A stretch of DNA of 63,193 bases, the filler included, from Octopus bimaculoides (Eukaryota): assembly GCF_001194135.2 (NCBI RefSeq). It is 4 parts of 4 records of this genome, joined end to end, with 100 filler letters (N's around TTAATTAATTAA, not from the genome) between each part and the next. Parts side by side here need not be neighbours in the genome. Positions count along the whole stretch, not along the records: positions 25,532 to 44,851 come from NC_068984.1; 3 more parts are not named here. One strand, given 5' to 3'. Below, piece after piece: positions 29,565-42,279 of this stretch (its first letter is position 1; the number at the start of each line of letters is the position of its first letter). The notes under the pieces were generated by a model that worked only from the letters and a program-made list of their open reading frames with translations, ran no database searches and had not been told where the DNA came from. The translations under genes were made by a program, and so were the position numbers.

Positions 29565-29770
29565 TGTTTGTCCTCCCAACATCGCTTGACAACCGATGCT
29601 GGTACGTTTATGTCTCCGTAACTTAGTAGTTCGGCAAAAGAGACCAATAGAATAAGTAGTAGGCTTACAAAGAATAAGTCCTGGGGTCGATTTGTTCGAC
29701 TAAAGGCAGTGCTCCAGCATGGCCGCAGTCAAATGATTGAAATAAATTAACGAGTAAAAAAATAAAAGAA
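29565..29770 (+). mobile_element. SINE family B, 3' part
   Basis: TGACAACCGATGCTGG...GCATGGCCGCAGTCAAATGA. Confidence 0.8.
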
Positions 29771-30629
29771 TATAGACATACCTACCCACCCAGACACACA
29801 CACACACCAATTAATGAAATGATCGCGGTGGTGGAGATGATTATGAAGCGATGATGTCTAAGTTACTTCCGATTAAAAACCCCTGCACCCAATCGGCTTC
29901 ACTTGCCACCCACTCATTCCAACCACCTTAGTTTGTAAGGGGTTGGATGGGCAGGGTACATGTAGGTACAGGGTTTGAGAGTGGGTGTAAAACACCTGGG
30001 GTTATAGTGGGTGTTAACAGGGTGTCACAACCGGAAACCAAGGGAGAGCAATAACAATGGAGAGATGGTTGCGGTTTCTCAGGGTACATTGGTGGCGGTA
30101 AGAGGCAAGGCGTAGAGATGGTGGTGGGTTAGGGGTGGGGGCAAACCAAATGTCAATATATGAAGATTAAACAATGAATGTATGTTGATTGTTTCAATGT
30201 ACATTGTATATACATCCCGCGTACATTTACATTCGTCCATATGCGTACATTTACATTCGTCCATATGCGTACATTATTACGAACGCATCCCCCCCTCTCT
30301 CTCACACACACACACGCACACATATCCAGACATGTATATCTAGATGTATGTATGACATGCATATATTATTACAGGAACACCCAAATGATAACATAGTCTA
30401 TCTCTGTACATTCCTCACACACCTGCGGCAATACGAATAAGAATAAAGGTATTTGAAACAGATAAAGTTTCTGCTGTTGCTCACCCACTCACCTCAGAAT
30501 ACATAAAATACTCACACACACACACACACCTCGTACACTTAACGCATTTATAGGGCATAAGAATTACAGGTGGTTAACAAGGTTTCTTCACGGTAATGGG
30601 GTCCCAAGGTCCTAAGNNNNNNNNNNTTC

Positions 30630-31200
30630 TTGAGTATAAGATGACGGTGCCAGCACGTCAAGTGATGCTTGTGCATGATGCTTTGTAAAGTGAGGAGAAG
30701 CCTTCTCCACAACCAGTCTCACTCTCTAAACAACGACGACAGATACCCCACAAAAAAGGAGAACTAGTTAACATGATTGGCTGCCATTGATTCGCATGTT
30801 TTGCATCAGTTTTCCTTTTCCTAGTGTAATCCAGCAAGGACTAAGAATCACAGACTCCTAGTAATGTGGTACACAACGCCGACATTCTCATCCTCATTCT
30901 CGTGGTTATGTGCTGACTGAATCTGTTGTGAGTGTCCATTGTTTAAAATGAGTCAATCCTCTGCGTAATCACTGTTTCCCGAATCAAAGTCGCTAGTTTG
31001 TCGATGATTACTGCAGGAACTAGCGCTATCCTTGGGAAATTGCAGGACCAAGCAGGACCAAGCTTGTGTACACAGTATTGGGTGGCCGTTCACTTTAATG
31101 AGTTCATCCATCCTTTAACAGGTTTTGCTTTTCATCTTGCAGGGTCTCAAATTATCCTATTCAATAAGTAAACTTAGTTGGATTCCAAGTTTAATCGCCG
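30630..31200 (-). mobile_element. Degenerate RTE-like LINE fragment
   Basis: ELIKVNGHPILC and downstream eroded post-RT motifs on the minus strand. Confidence 0.45.
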
Positions 31201-31418
31201 ACAACTCAGCCATGCAGCAGATTGTATGGATTACATGTTACCATTAACATTCACAAGCGACCTGACACATACATACATACATACATACATACATACATAA
31301 TCCCGAGAACAAAGAAATAAGGACCCACAATATATTCCATAAACAATCTTGCCCGGACTTGTGCCTGGGAGGGTAACTTTCTAGGTGCAATCCCATGATC
31401 AGTCATGACCGAAGGGGG

Positions 31419-31449
<31 letters not shown>

Positions 31450-31573
31450 NNNNNNNNNNNNNNNNNNNNNNNNNNNNNNNNNNNNNNNNNNNNNNNNNNN
31501 NNNNNNNNNNNNNNNNNNNNNNNNNNNNNNNNNNNNNNNNNNNNNNNNNNNNNNNNNNNNNNNNNNNNNNNNN

Positions 31574-32620
31574 TGTATTAATAATAATAAAGGAGTTACG
31601 ACGCAAAAAACGTATATATTCAAATGAACATATTTATCTTCTTCAATATATATTTCAGTATAAAGAATTCATTAAGAGACTTAATAAATCAAAATTTCTT
31701 TACACATCTTCAGGAATAAATATAACATCAGAAAAACTACGTTCGGTTTAAAAACACAAACCGTTCATGGCGAAAAAATTTCCCAATTGTGATCAACAAA
31801 CATGCTTACGCTCTCATAATTGTCGCTATACATTCACACTTTCCGCTCCTATAAATGAAAACGAGGCACCCTAACATCATAAGTACCTAATCCTTCACTT
31901 CACTCAGTGTAGAATCTAATATAGTAAAGAACTTCTGAAATGTGTTAAGAAACCCTTCTTCGCTGACCACAGATACTAATAAATTTTAATTAGACACATT
32001 TGACAATTAGCTATAATTGCATAACGATAATTAAAAAGCACAATATCGCACTCATCTTTAAAAAAGAAACGCAAAAACAAAACCGTCGCGTTATTGTGCA
32101 AGAACTGAAATGCATATCAACAAGGCAAATACTGAAACGCAGAGGCCATAATTCATGAGACAAGTATCAGCACTACAGGACACAGCCTAGAAATAACAAA
32201 CGCATAAACGTTACGTAAGTATGATGGAGGAACATTTTACGCAAATTTATTCTCTGGAAGTTGAAAGAAAACTCTTTGAGTACAGTATCGAACAAAAGTA
32301 CATTAGAAAGATACTAATTCTGCAAAGCTGAAAGAATAAGGTATAACCTGCACGGATCAGAAAAGAGAAATACCCACAAGCCATTCATAACATCAAACAT
32401 ACACAAGAAAAGCGGACAATTCGAAAAACACCTATTCCGTGCATTTTCTCTCTCTCTTCGTTGTTTCTCTGTCTTTCTTTTATTCTACTTTCCGATGAAG
32501 GGTTTACGTTCGAAATGTTAAAGGCAATTTTTTATTTTTATTTCTCAGAGAACCTAATACTTATGTCTTCTACTGTTTGACTTCCATGGTGTTATTCCCG
32601 TGGTGTTATTTTATCTTATC
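31574..32620 (+). mobile_element. Degenerate Penelope-like element with hammerhead-like terminal motif
   Basis: A-rich eroded coding-like sequence ending at CTTT-CCGATGA-A-GGG...C-GAAAT-GT-T-AAAG (32488-32523). Confidence 0.45.
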
Positions 32621-33255
32621 TCTTTCCTTTTCCTTTTCTCTCCTTCTCTCTATAAATAGAAACAAATACAAAGCAGGAGCGTGGGAGAAGTAGATAAAGA
32701 GAGAGACACGATACCTTGTCACAAGTCAGCATATTGAGAAGTTTATTGTTTAATTTCTTCTGAAACGAAAGTTTTTTTTTTCTCTTCACAACTTACCTAT
32801 TGCCTTCCATTATTTCTACCTCACAATCTTCCTTCCTTCCTTTTCTCTTTTACACTGTGTTTCTTTGTTTTTTTCCTATTTTTTCATTTTATTTTCTACT
32901 AAATTTTTCTTCATATTTTCTGTCCCCCCCACCCACTCACAATCTTTCTCTTGAACTCATTTCATCTTTCTCTTCTCTTTACACCTTCTCTCCCTCTCTT
33001 CTTTCTTTCTTTCTCTCTCTCTCTCTCTCTCATCTCTCTCATTCTTTCTCTCACAGCCTCAGTCTTTCTATTTGTAACGTTTCTCCCACTATTTCTCCTT
33101 CCTTCCCAATTCTTATTCCTCTCCCATAAACCCTTTGTTCCTTTCTCTATCCCAGTCGGTCCTCTGTGATATCAGAAAACCTATCTTATCGTTCTATATG
33201 TATACATAAAATTCACTTCAGTGATCCAGACTGTTGCATGACTGAAAACTACATG

Positions 33256-33323
<68 letters not shown>

Positions 33324-33408
33324 CAGTGTAGATTTAAACACATAAGAGATATCCATAATAGGACATCTAACCCGCTAGGAGTAGTTAAAAGCCACACCAC
33401 TATTAGGG

Positions 33409-33829
33409 GTAATTTCGAAAGGGAATGAAAAATAAAAACATTTACCGCCCATTTATTTCCTGTGCCATGGTTTCAAGCTATCTTCAGCTAATAAAATAAT
33501 TTGCTAGGCGCAGCTATCATCAGCAGGAAAGCCAAGATTAACATATAAATATGAAGCAATACAGAACATGCCTCGTACTTACATGTTATAATTTTTCAAA
33601 TCCACCGCGCAAGTGCAGTTTTTTTTATCGGCAGCAAATAGAAAAAATGCCGATTTTCTTCCAAAATTAGCCAAAAAACCATTATTAATAAATTTCAGGG
33701 GAGTAAAATATTATTTAGAAATTTTTTTTTGTTACCAGTGGTCTAGCGTGAAAAAAAGACCAACAAAAAACCATGGTACAGGAAATGGATCGTAAATGTT
33801 TTTTATTTTTCATTCCCTTTCGAAATTAC
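33409..33829. mobile_element. MITE with ~62-65-bp TIRs
   Basis: 33409-33473 (GTAATTTCGAAAGGGAATGAAAAATAAAA...CCATGGTTT) is the near reverse complement of 33768-33829. No TSD resolved. Confidence 0.8.
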
Positions 33830-34180
33830 AGCAACATTCGTCCTAAACCAGGACTCCCTTGTTATGTTAGCAAATAATCTTTACTCAAAAGTGTTGTTGC
33901 TGAATATCTGTTGTTGCTGAATATCTGTTGTTGTGAGATTTACAAATAGTAATTTTCCAAAATTAATTTTCATATGACTAAATAGTGTAAATATGTATTA
34001 ATAACTCGAAGTTTTAGTCTAAGTTTTGACTTGTCTTGACATTAATGTATGTCAACTAAAATTTGATTTGGCTTATCTTCGGTATGGATTAACTTCGGTT
34101 TGTTTTAAGTTCATGTTTTTATCTCTGATGTACATTAATTTCGATCTGTCAGAAGACTGATATGTCTTAACTATGAAGTA

Positions 34181-34387
34181 CAGTAATCCCTCGACTATCG
34201 CGGGTGCTACGTTACAAAATCCCCCGCAATAGGTGAAACAGTACTGTACTGTATATTTTGTTTTATTATTTTTATAATTTGTATATATTTATTTTATTAT
34301 AAATGCAAAACAACACCGCAGAGGAATCAACATAAGCTTAAATAATAAACCGCAACAGGTGGACTGCGATATGGCGAGGAATTACTG
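34181..34387. mobile_element. Tigger/pogo-like MITE
   Basis: TA|CAGTAATCCCTCG ... CGAGGAATTACTG|TA: 13-bp TIRs with one mismatch and a TA target duplication. Confidence 0.85.
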
Positions 34388-34521
34388 TATCTTAGTTTTA
34401 TGATATGTCTCAACTTTGATCTATCGCTAAGTACAGTATATCTTAACTTCCACGTCTTATTTCTAACAAGTCAAAAACATATTTGGCTTAGATGTGATAA
34501 GTTTTAACATTGAAATGTATT

Positions 34522-34649
34522 CTTTTCAACTCTAGTCACAAGGCCCGAAATTTTGGGGTAGGGGCTAGTCAATTAGATCGACCCCAGTACGCAACTGGTA
34601 CTTAATATATCGACCCCGAAAGGATGAAAGGCAAAGTCGACCTCAGCGG
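34522..34649 (-). mobile_element. 5'-truncated SINE family A with 16-bp TSD
   Basis: Flanked by the direct repeat AACATTGAAATGTATT at 34506-34521 and 34650-34665. Confidence 0.9.
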
Positions 34650-34710
34650 AACATTGAAATGTATTGACAGTTATGTGTTCATCTTTAACTTGATCTAACT
34701 TTACTTTCAG

Positions 34711-34928
34711 ACTATGTGGATGTGACTTACATGGGAAGTGATAAAGACGTGAACAACGGCAGCAGTAGTCATGGCGGGAACATCAGCGAAAGTTTGGCAT
34801 TCAATGTGACCACCACTACGACATCCATCAGCTTGAATTTGAGTCGGAGTCAAATCTCGTTGAAAGACCACGAGATTTTCGTAGCGCGTGAGGGACAGCT
34901 ATTTAAAGAGAAAATCAACAGTATTCAG
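34711..34928 (+). CDS. Internal exon of putative M12B (ADAM/ADAMTS-like) metalloprotease, prodomain part 1
   Basis: Acceptor ttactttcag|, donor CAG|gtagag, phase 1 to 0. Open frame (D)YVDVTYMGSDKDVNNGSSSHGGNISESLAFNVTTTTTSISLNLSRSQISLKDHEIFVAREGQLFKEKINSIQ, with four N-x-S/T sequons. The product call is by recalled motif resemblance only. Confidence 0.7.
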
Positions 34929-35234
34929 GTAGAGATCCACGTTGAATCGTGTATGTGTGTGCGTATGTGTATGTATGTGTGTGTGTGAAAGAAAGACAGG
35001 GGGAGGGAGAGAAGTGAGAGATACACATTCAAAACATACATACATATATACATGCATATATATATACATGCATATATATATACATGCATATATATANNNN
35101 NNNNNNNNNNNNNATATATATATATATACTAATAATAATTATATGACAGCAAAAGAATGAATGAGACCTTGATATTATGTACAACGGTCATTCTCATAGC
35201 TCTTTTGTTTGTCTTAATAACTGTCATCTTCATA

Positions 35235-35283
<49 letters not shown>

Positions 35284-35285
35284 AT

Positions 35286-35318
<33 letters not shown>

Positions 35319-35648
35319 GCATATATACATACGTATATGTACATACTTACATCTATACGTATGTATATATATATGCATATGTGAGCACAGGACATCATGA
35401 AACTTGTACAACAAAAAATATGAAGTACGAGTACATGGAATATGAACTATTCTTTCGAACAACGAAAGACACAAATGGAAAACAAGACAAACAACATAAA
35501 GAACGACCCTTCATCAGTTGTTTGATGTTTTTCTACTCTCGTATTTCGAGCATTTAGCAACATATAATGTGTGTGCGTGTGTGCGTGCATACACATGTCT
35601 CTCTGTTCCTCTCACTGCTCCTCTCTCTCTCTCTGTCTTCACATATAG

Positions 35649-35679
<31 letters not shown>

Positions 35680-36034
35680 TGTGTGTGTATGTGTGTGCAT
35701 GTGTGTGCTTGTGTGTGTGTGTGCGTGTGTGTGCATGTGTGTGTGCTTGTGTGTGTGTGTGTGTGTGTGTGGCATGAAAAGCAATTATATATTATTTCTT
35801 AGAAACAGAACATTAAATGAAGAAATTATGAAAATATTATAACATGTATGAAAAATTGATTTTCAAAAAGAGCCCAACAAATAAAAACTACAAAACCTTG
35901 AAAATCAATAAAATCTGATTCAATTTGAAACGGAGATTAAAGCAATAATTGATAATTAAGCAGAATTAACAACCACTATAATCATTAGGGAGAAGATTAT
36001 TAATTAGATTTATACACATATAGAGGGGGAGGGA

Positions 36035-36106
<72 letters not shown>

Positions 36107-36807
36107 TATCATCATCATCATCATCATTCATCTTATAATTTACCACCACGAAGACCACGACGACGACGACCAGCACCATAACAGCAGCAACAACAACAAC
36201 AACAACAACAATAACAACAACAACAACACCCATCGCCAGCTCAGTCATCATCCTGGTTATCCTGACCGTTGTCATTGTTGTCATCGTCGTCGTCGCCGCC
36301 ACCGCCACCACCGCTACTACTGCCACTCTCATCATCATCATCATCATTACTATCATCATGACCTGAATCATCATCATTTTATTGAACTCCCTGAACACCA
36401 GAAATGCAGAAGAGAACGACTCTTCTTCCATTTCCAGGCATTTAAGCCTAACCTTTTCCTTTTATGGTATGTCAACTCTGAAGATTTCTTGAATCTTGAG
36501 ATTATCTCCCCTTCTGGTCTTAATTGCTGGTCTTAATTGCTACTTGGTAATTAAGATACATCCTCTAGAAGTGGAGATAGTTTTAATAAATCAAGAATTT
36601 ATGTTGCATGGTATTTGATATACCTATATTTGTGTTGTTCAAAGACATGCCATTGGCCTTCTCTTAGTTCATTTTTGTGCAAGATTTAGTTGTATATAAG
36701 AATGTCTCACTAACGAGGTCAAATAACACTGAAACATGTCCAGAATTGTTTCTCTTCCGCCAAAAACCAAATTCACTGTAGTGTTTTTTTGAAATTTTCC
36801 CTTGCAG

Positions 36808-36894
36808 GGTGTAGAGAGATGTTACCAAGACAAAGAAAATGGAGCTGTGGTTATCGCTCTTCCCGCAGAACCTTCTGGGACTACATTTGAATTG
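36808..36894 (+). CDS. Internal exon of the same gene, prodomain part 2
   Basis: Acceptor ttttcccttgcag|, donor TTG|gtatgt, 87 nt, phase 0 to 0. Translates GVERCYQDKENGAVVIALPAEPSGTTFEL and is frame-compatible with both flanking exons. Confidence 0.75.
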
Positions 36895-36951
36895 GTATGT
36901 TACCTTTGATCTTCCAGATTTGATCTTTGTATTTTTATACACATATATACA

Positions 36952-37526
36952 CAAACATGCAGGAAGTAAATAGACACTTTTAATTTTCAAAATCTTTTAT
37001 TTGATATTAATTGGTTGAAGGAGAGGTTTTCTTCTAGCTGCTCGTCCATAATACCCAAGCTTATGTAGATATGTAACGCACGTTCTTGGACTAACTTCTA
37101 GCTGTTTTGCAATGTCATAAGCCTTCGAACGGGGTTCGTTTTCCACAATTCTCTTCAAACAGTGAAGCTTCCTTTCCGAGGGCCCAGGTCGGCCGGGACA
37201 AGAATCTGTTGATTTTTTTTCCTTGGCTTTTGAATTGTGCTATAATTCTATTAACAGTAGCAAGAGGAATTTGAAGATTTTCGGCAATTTTTCGCTGGCT
37301 AAAACCAGTCTCAGATTGCCCAACAATACGACCTCTTTGAAAATCTGACAGTTCTGCTGAATTTTTTGTGCGTGGCATGGTTACTCTTCGCAAATGTTTA
37401 ATATAATGACACCTGGAATGAAAAAGAATAATTACATTGTAAATTCTACACCGCTGAAAACATATTAAGATGCTTAGATCAGAAATTTTGAAAATTAAAG
37501 GTGTCTATTTACTTCCTGCATGTCTG
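36952..37526 (-). mobile_element. Internally deleted Tc1-like element with ~45-bp TIRs
   Basis: Inverted termini CA(A/G)ACATGCAGGAAGTAAATAGACAC(T/C)TTTAATTTTCAAAAT, with TA after the right end. Minus [28 protein letters not shown] (HTH), plus a YGRAARRKPLLQ remnant near 37015-37055. No DDE domain. Confidence 0.85.
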
Positions 37527-37677
37527 TATATATATATATATATATATACATGCGTAAACACTTACATACACATACATACATATACATGCATGCATAACAT
37601 ACATACATACATTCGATATATTTACAAGCATACATATATATGTGTATATACAAACCCAAATAATTGTTACTGTGTTG

Positions 37678-37980
37678 TTAAGTCGTGGTGTTCACGGCAA
37701 ACGTTTTTGATTGACACACGTCTTGGCCAGCTGATGACTTAACTCTGTTGTCATTTTTGCTGGTACGTTTTACTGTTCTGCAGTCTCTCTTTATGAATTT
37801 CACGTTCTCTCCACAATTGTGCTTTCTAGAGCTGGTTTTACCTTGGTTTTGGAATACCAAAATGATTTTGGAGAGTCTATCTCTGTAAGCATTAAACAAT
37901 TCAGCAGTTTTGGTGACTGAAACTCCAGCCTTTCTCGCTCCAACAATTTGTCCTCTTTCGAAATCAGATTGGTCACGCAT
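37678..37980 (-). mobile_element. Degenerate 5' fragment of a second Incomer-like Tc1 transposase
   Basis: MRDQSDFERGQIVGARKAGVSVTKTAELF aligns by eye with the N-terminus of the 52807 element. Confidence 0.8.
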
Positions 37981-38270
37981 TTTAACTTATTTAAATATAA
38001 ATATCTGCAAAATAAGAAAAAATAAGACAAAAAATAAAATAAAAACACACATGAACGTACAAGGCAGGCATACATAATGCATAGAAACAAATGTATACAA
38101 ACTAGAATAGTTTTGAATTTGTCATATTGCCAATAGAGAAAAAAATAGTTAAATTAGTTAAAGTGATGTTTCCACCATTTTGCCCATCTCCCAATATATA
38201 CACATACATGCAATGTTTATGTGTGTGTGTGTATATATATATATATATTTATGTAAATATATATGTAATT

Positions 38271-38319
<49 letters not shown>

Positions 38320-38573
38320 CACACACATACATTTATGTATATATACACATACACATACATTTAATGAAACACACACACATACATACATACATGCATGCAT
38401 ACATACATACATACATACATACATAATGTCGAGATGATACGTTTAACCAATAGTTTTTTAACGTCCTACTTTCAAACAGGCTACAATCTATCGGTCTTGG
38501 CATCGTGCCGTCCGACCTACCATCGGTCAAGCACCACAGTGTGAGCATGTGTAGGTATGTGTACGTGTGTGTA

Positions 38574-38617
<44 letters not shown>

Positions 38618-40119
38618 NNNNNNNNNNNNNNNNNNNNNNNNNNNNNNNNNNNNNNNNNNNNNNNNNNNNNNNNNNNNNNNNNNNNNNNNNNNNNNNNNNN
38701 NNNNNNNNNNNNNNNNNNNNNNNNNNNNNNNNNNNNNNNNNNNNNNNNNNNNNNNNNNNNNNNNNNNNNNNNNNNNNNNNNNNNNNNNNNNNNNNNNNNN
38801 NNNNNNNNNNNNNAGTTTCTTTATCCAGCTCGATTTCAACTGCGCCAGTAAAACAACAAAGAGGACGCTTTCTCCTGTTTCATTGTGTTTCGACAATGTC
38901 AGGTCGTTTTATATTGGCGGGTTAATGGATGTTGGTGTCTAAAATAACAAGAGCCAGGAGACAGCAGACACCGAGAGACAGAGGAATGGGAAGAGGAGAC
39001 GGAAAGAAAGAGAGCGGGAAAGCAGAAAGGAAAACAGAAAGGAAAAGGCTCACGGTTTGTTTTAGCCTGTTGTTATTAAGTCCCAACACTATCCTTAACA
39101 AGCAAACAACCTACGATTAAAGACGTTCCAGAAATGACCATACAGCCTTTTTTCAGGTGACGTTATTTTTTTATGACAGCAGGATGTGATTGGTTTCTGT
39201 TTCTTGCTCTCACGTGTCCATAGCCTATTATTTTCAGCTGTTGTGATTTGGTTATCTTTTGCTTGGGAGGGGATGCAGTGGCCATAATCCTTTGCAGGAT
39301 GTCTAAGACAAGTGTGAGGAAGGAAGGTACCCTGAAACCAGAGACCTATCCCGAATGTTTACAAACGACTTCGCTGAAGGCATCCAAGGTGTCCAGGGTA
39401 GGGCGGGGGTCTGTGTTAAACTGGGTGACAGATTAAACTCTATCACCCATTTAGATACGGCGGGATTTGAACTCGGAATTCAAAGAACTGGAATAAACCC
39501 AACAACATCTGATGTTCTCATGAAGGCGCGTGGCCTAGCGGTCAGGGTGTTGCACTGACGATCACAAGATCGTGGTTTCGATCCCCGATCAAGTGGTGCG
39601 TTGTGTTCTTGAGCAAATCACTTCACTTCACGTTACTCCAGGCCACTCAGCTGTAAGTGAGTAACCATGCAACGGACTGAAGTCTGGTTCTGTGGGAATG
39701 TTGTGATCTCGGTTACTTTTGTGCTTTGGACAGGGAGTGATTAAGATCCATCGAAGCCTTAAGCCCTTAGAGGATGTTGCTGTCCCCATATATATGTAAT
39801 TCAAAATATAAACAATAATAAACCGTAAAATAATTGTTTTTTCCAAAATGAAACAAAACTTGCAGTAAGATGGAAAATTATTTCTACTTTACTTGTATTT
39901 GAAAGGTTTCCGCCTGTCTTTTGTTAATTGCAAATCTTTGATCAGATCCTGAAAATTATTTTTACGTAACGCTTGGGTTTCTATACTTAGTAGAGATAAA
40001 AGCATCCCGAATATTATTTTAGCAAGTTGAAAGCGATTTCTTTTAGTGCCGTAAACCATTTACCATTTCTTTGTTCCCCATCTCCCTTGATGCCCTAAGC
40101 GCGTGCTTATTTTACTTAA

Positions 40120-40545
40120 TAGTTAACCCAGCGCTAATCATGGAAATCGGGTAAGCGGCCCTATGAGTTGTAGGACTTGAGACAGGAATGTTCCAGTGTT
40201 GAGGATGAAAAAGAATGAAAGCAAAACCGACTTCGGTGCAACTCGATCTCAGAATCTCAGCGCATAGAGACACGAAAGAAACACAGCGTAGCATTCTGTC
40301 CGACACGCTCTAACAACTTACGATTGTTGTTGCTGCTGCTGTCGTTGTTATTGCTGTTGCTGTTGTTGGTATATGTGATTCGTAATGTAGCAGACCTATG
40401 ACGTCTGAGTTCAAATTCTGCCGAGGTCGACTTTGCCTTTCATCCTTTCGGGGTCGATAATTTAAGTACCAGTTGCGTACTAGAGTCGATCTACTCGACT
40501 GGTCCCCCCCACCCAAATTTCGGGCCTTGTGTCTACAGTAGAAAA
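40120..40545. mobile_element. Head-to-head SINE family A copies (minus 40120-40312, plus 40400-40545)
   Basis: A diverged minus copy and a well-conserved plus copy. Confidence 0.75.
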
Positions 40546-41342
40546 GAAAAAAAGGCTTTCCAGTCGTGACCATCTGGTATATTTTATATGAACGACGGAT
40601 CGAGGACCACTTTATCCGAAGTTTCGTTGATTAATTTGAGGGAGATTTGATTGCTATTTTTGCAGATGGAGTGAATGCCTCCTCCTTGTCTCTCTTACAC
40701 CCCATGACCGTTTCTCTCTATCGCTCTGTTTCTCTTTACGTCTCTCTGCTTCTGTTTGTCTGTCTGTCTGTTTGTCTCTGTCTCCTTTGTTTCTCCCTCT
40801 ATCTGATATTTCAATTTTCAGAGTTCCAGACATTTCCTTATGCCTACACTTATTATATCGAAATAGATTAGTGATTAAACTTCCAGAGGCTTTTCTCTTT
40901 GAATTAATCACTTTTTAAAGTTACCGCTACAGATTTTTTTTATAGAATTTAGAACCTACACTGAAAGTTACGAATACGTCCACGTAAACAATGCGATCAA
41001 AGAGAGAAAATTAGGTAATGGGTGTAGATGCATATTTCAGGAATGATTGCTCTTTCTTCAGTATCACATCCGTGAATACCAATTTAATCTAATTATACCA
41101 TCTTCCTCTGTGCGGCGTGTGTATGCATACAAAACAAAGATCTAAATATATCTCTGTATGTGTGTGTGTGTGTGTGTGTGTTTGTGTATACATACATACA
41201 CACATACACATACACGTATGTATGTATGTATGTATGTATATATGTATGTACGTCTGTATGTATGTATATACTTTAAGTCGGTCCAACGGCCTGTTAGGAA
41301 TTCCCACTGCCTCACGCCACATCAGAAGATCANNNNNNNNNN

Positions 41343-41399
<57 letters not shown>

Positions 41400-41416
41400 G
41401 CACGCACGCACACACA

Positions 41417-41633
41417 CGAAGGGATATTAAAAAGTTCCTGCATTTGCATAAAAGAAAATACTGGAGGATCAGTTTATTATAATTTTATTCAATATATTCT
41501 CCTCCCAAATTCACACAATTATTACAGCGGTCCTACAGTTTTTCTAAGCTCTGTAAAAGATCTCCGATGGTTGAACCTCCAGCCAAACTTTTTGCGACAT
41601 CTTTAAGTCCAGGGATTTTTCAGTACACCTTCT
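41417..41633. mobile_element. Mariner-derived MITE
   Basis: Imperfect TIRs CGAAGGGATATTAAAAAGTTCCTG and the reverse complement AGAAGGTGTACTGAAAAATCCCTG; TA at the right flank. Confidence 0.65.
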
Positions 41634-42279
41634 TATATAAACGATGTGTATGTATGTGTGTATGTGTGTGTGTGTGCATGTAGGACGTCCTAAGGACTGG
41701 ACGTCTTCCATCTCTCCTAATTTTCAAAGAAAGTATTTTTCCCAGCGTTCACTATTTTCCTCTCGTTCTGGTCTAACGACCCTCCATGTTTGTTTTCGTT
41801 CGGTTTCCTTGTATGTCTCCACTGTCCTGTTTTGGTATTTATGGGAGCAACTGTCTTCGAAGACTCATATTGTCGTTCAATGCTCGAAATGAGGAGTAGA
41901 TAGACAGCCGACAACTGATGAAGGGTGGTTCCTTGTGTTACTTGTTCTGTTTCCCATTTGATTCTCTCGTTGTTTAACTCATTTAACTCATTTTCGTATT
42001 TCATGTTGTTTACTATTGGTGTCGTCCTTTACCCATATATGCATATATATATGTATGTATATATATATTGTGCAATCGTTGTACAACTGCATGTGTATGT
42101 GTATGTGTGTGTATGTTATAAACGTGATGTTGCTGGTTGTGGGACGGTGTGGTATTTGTAACGTGACGAAGTCTCCATGTCAGACTGAACAACAACACGT
42201 TTCACACACCATTATTACTTCCAGATTGTTTTAACCTCTCCAAGTAATTTTCTCATGTCTGCAACATTGTTGACAACAT

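Noticed and set aside
30219-30275. Short direct duplications (24 bp here; also 33895-33932, 42835-42853, 51104-51143, 62725-62781)
   Set aside because: Two or three adjacent copies without spacers indicate slippage duplications, not CRISPR-like arrays.
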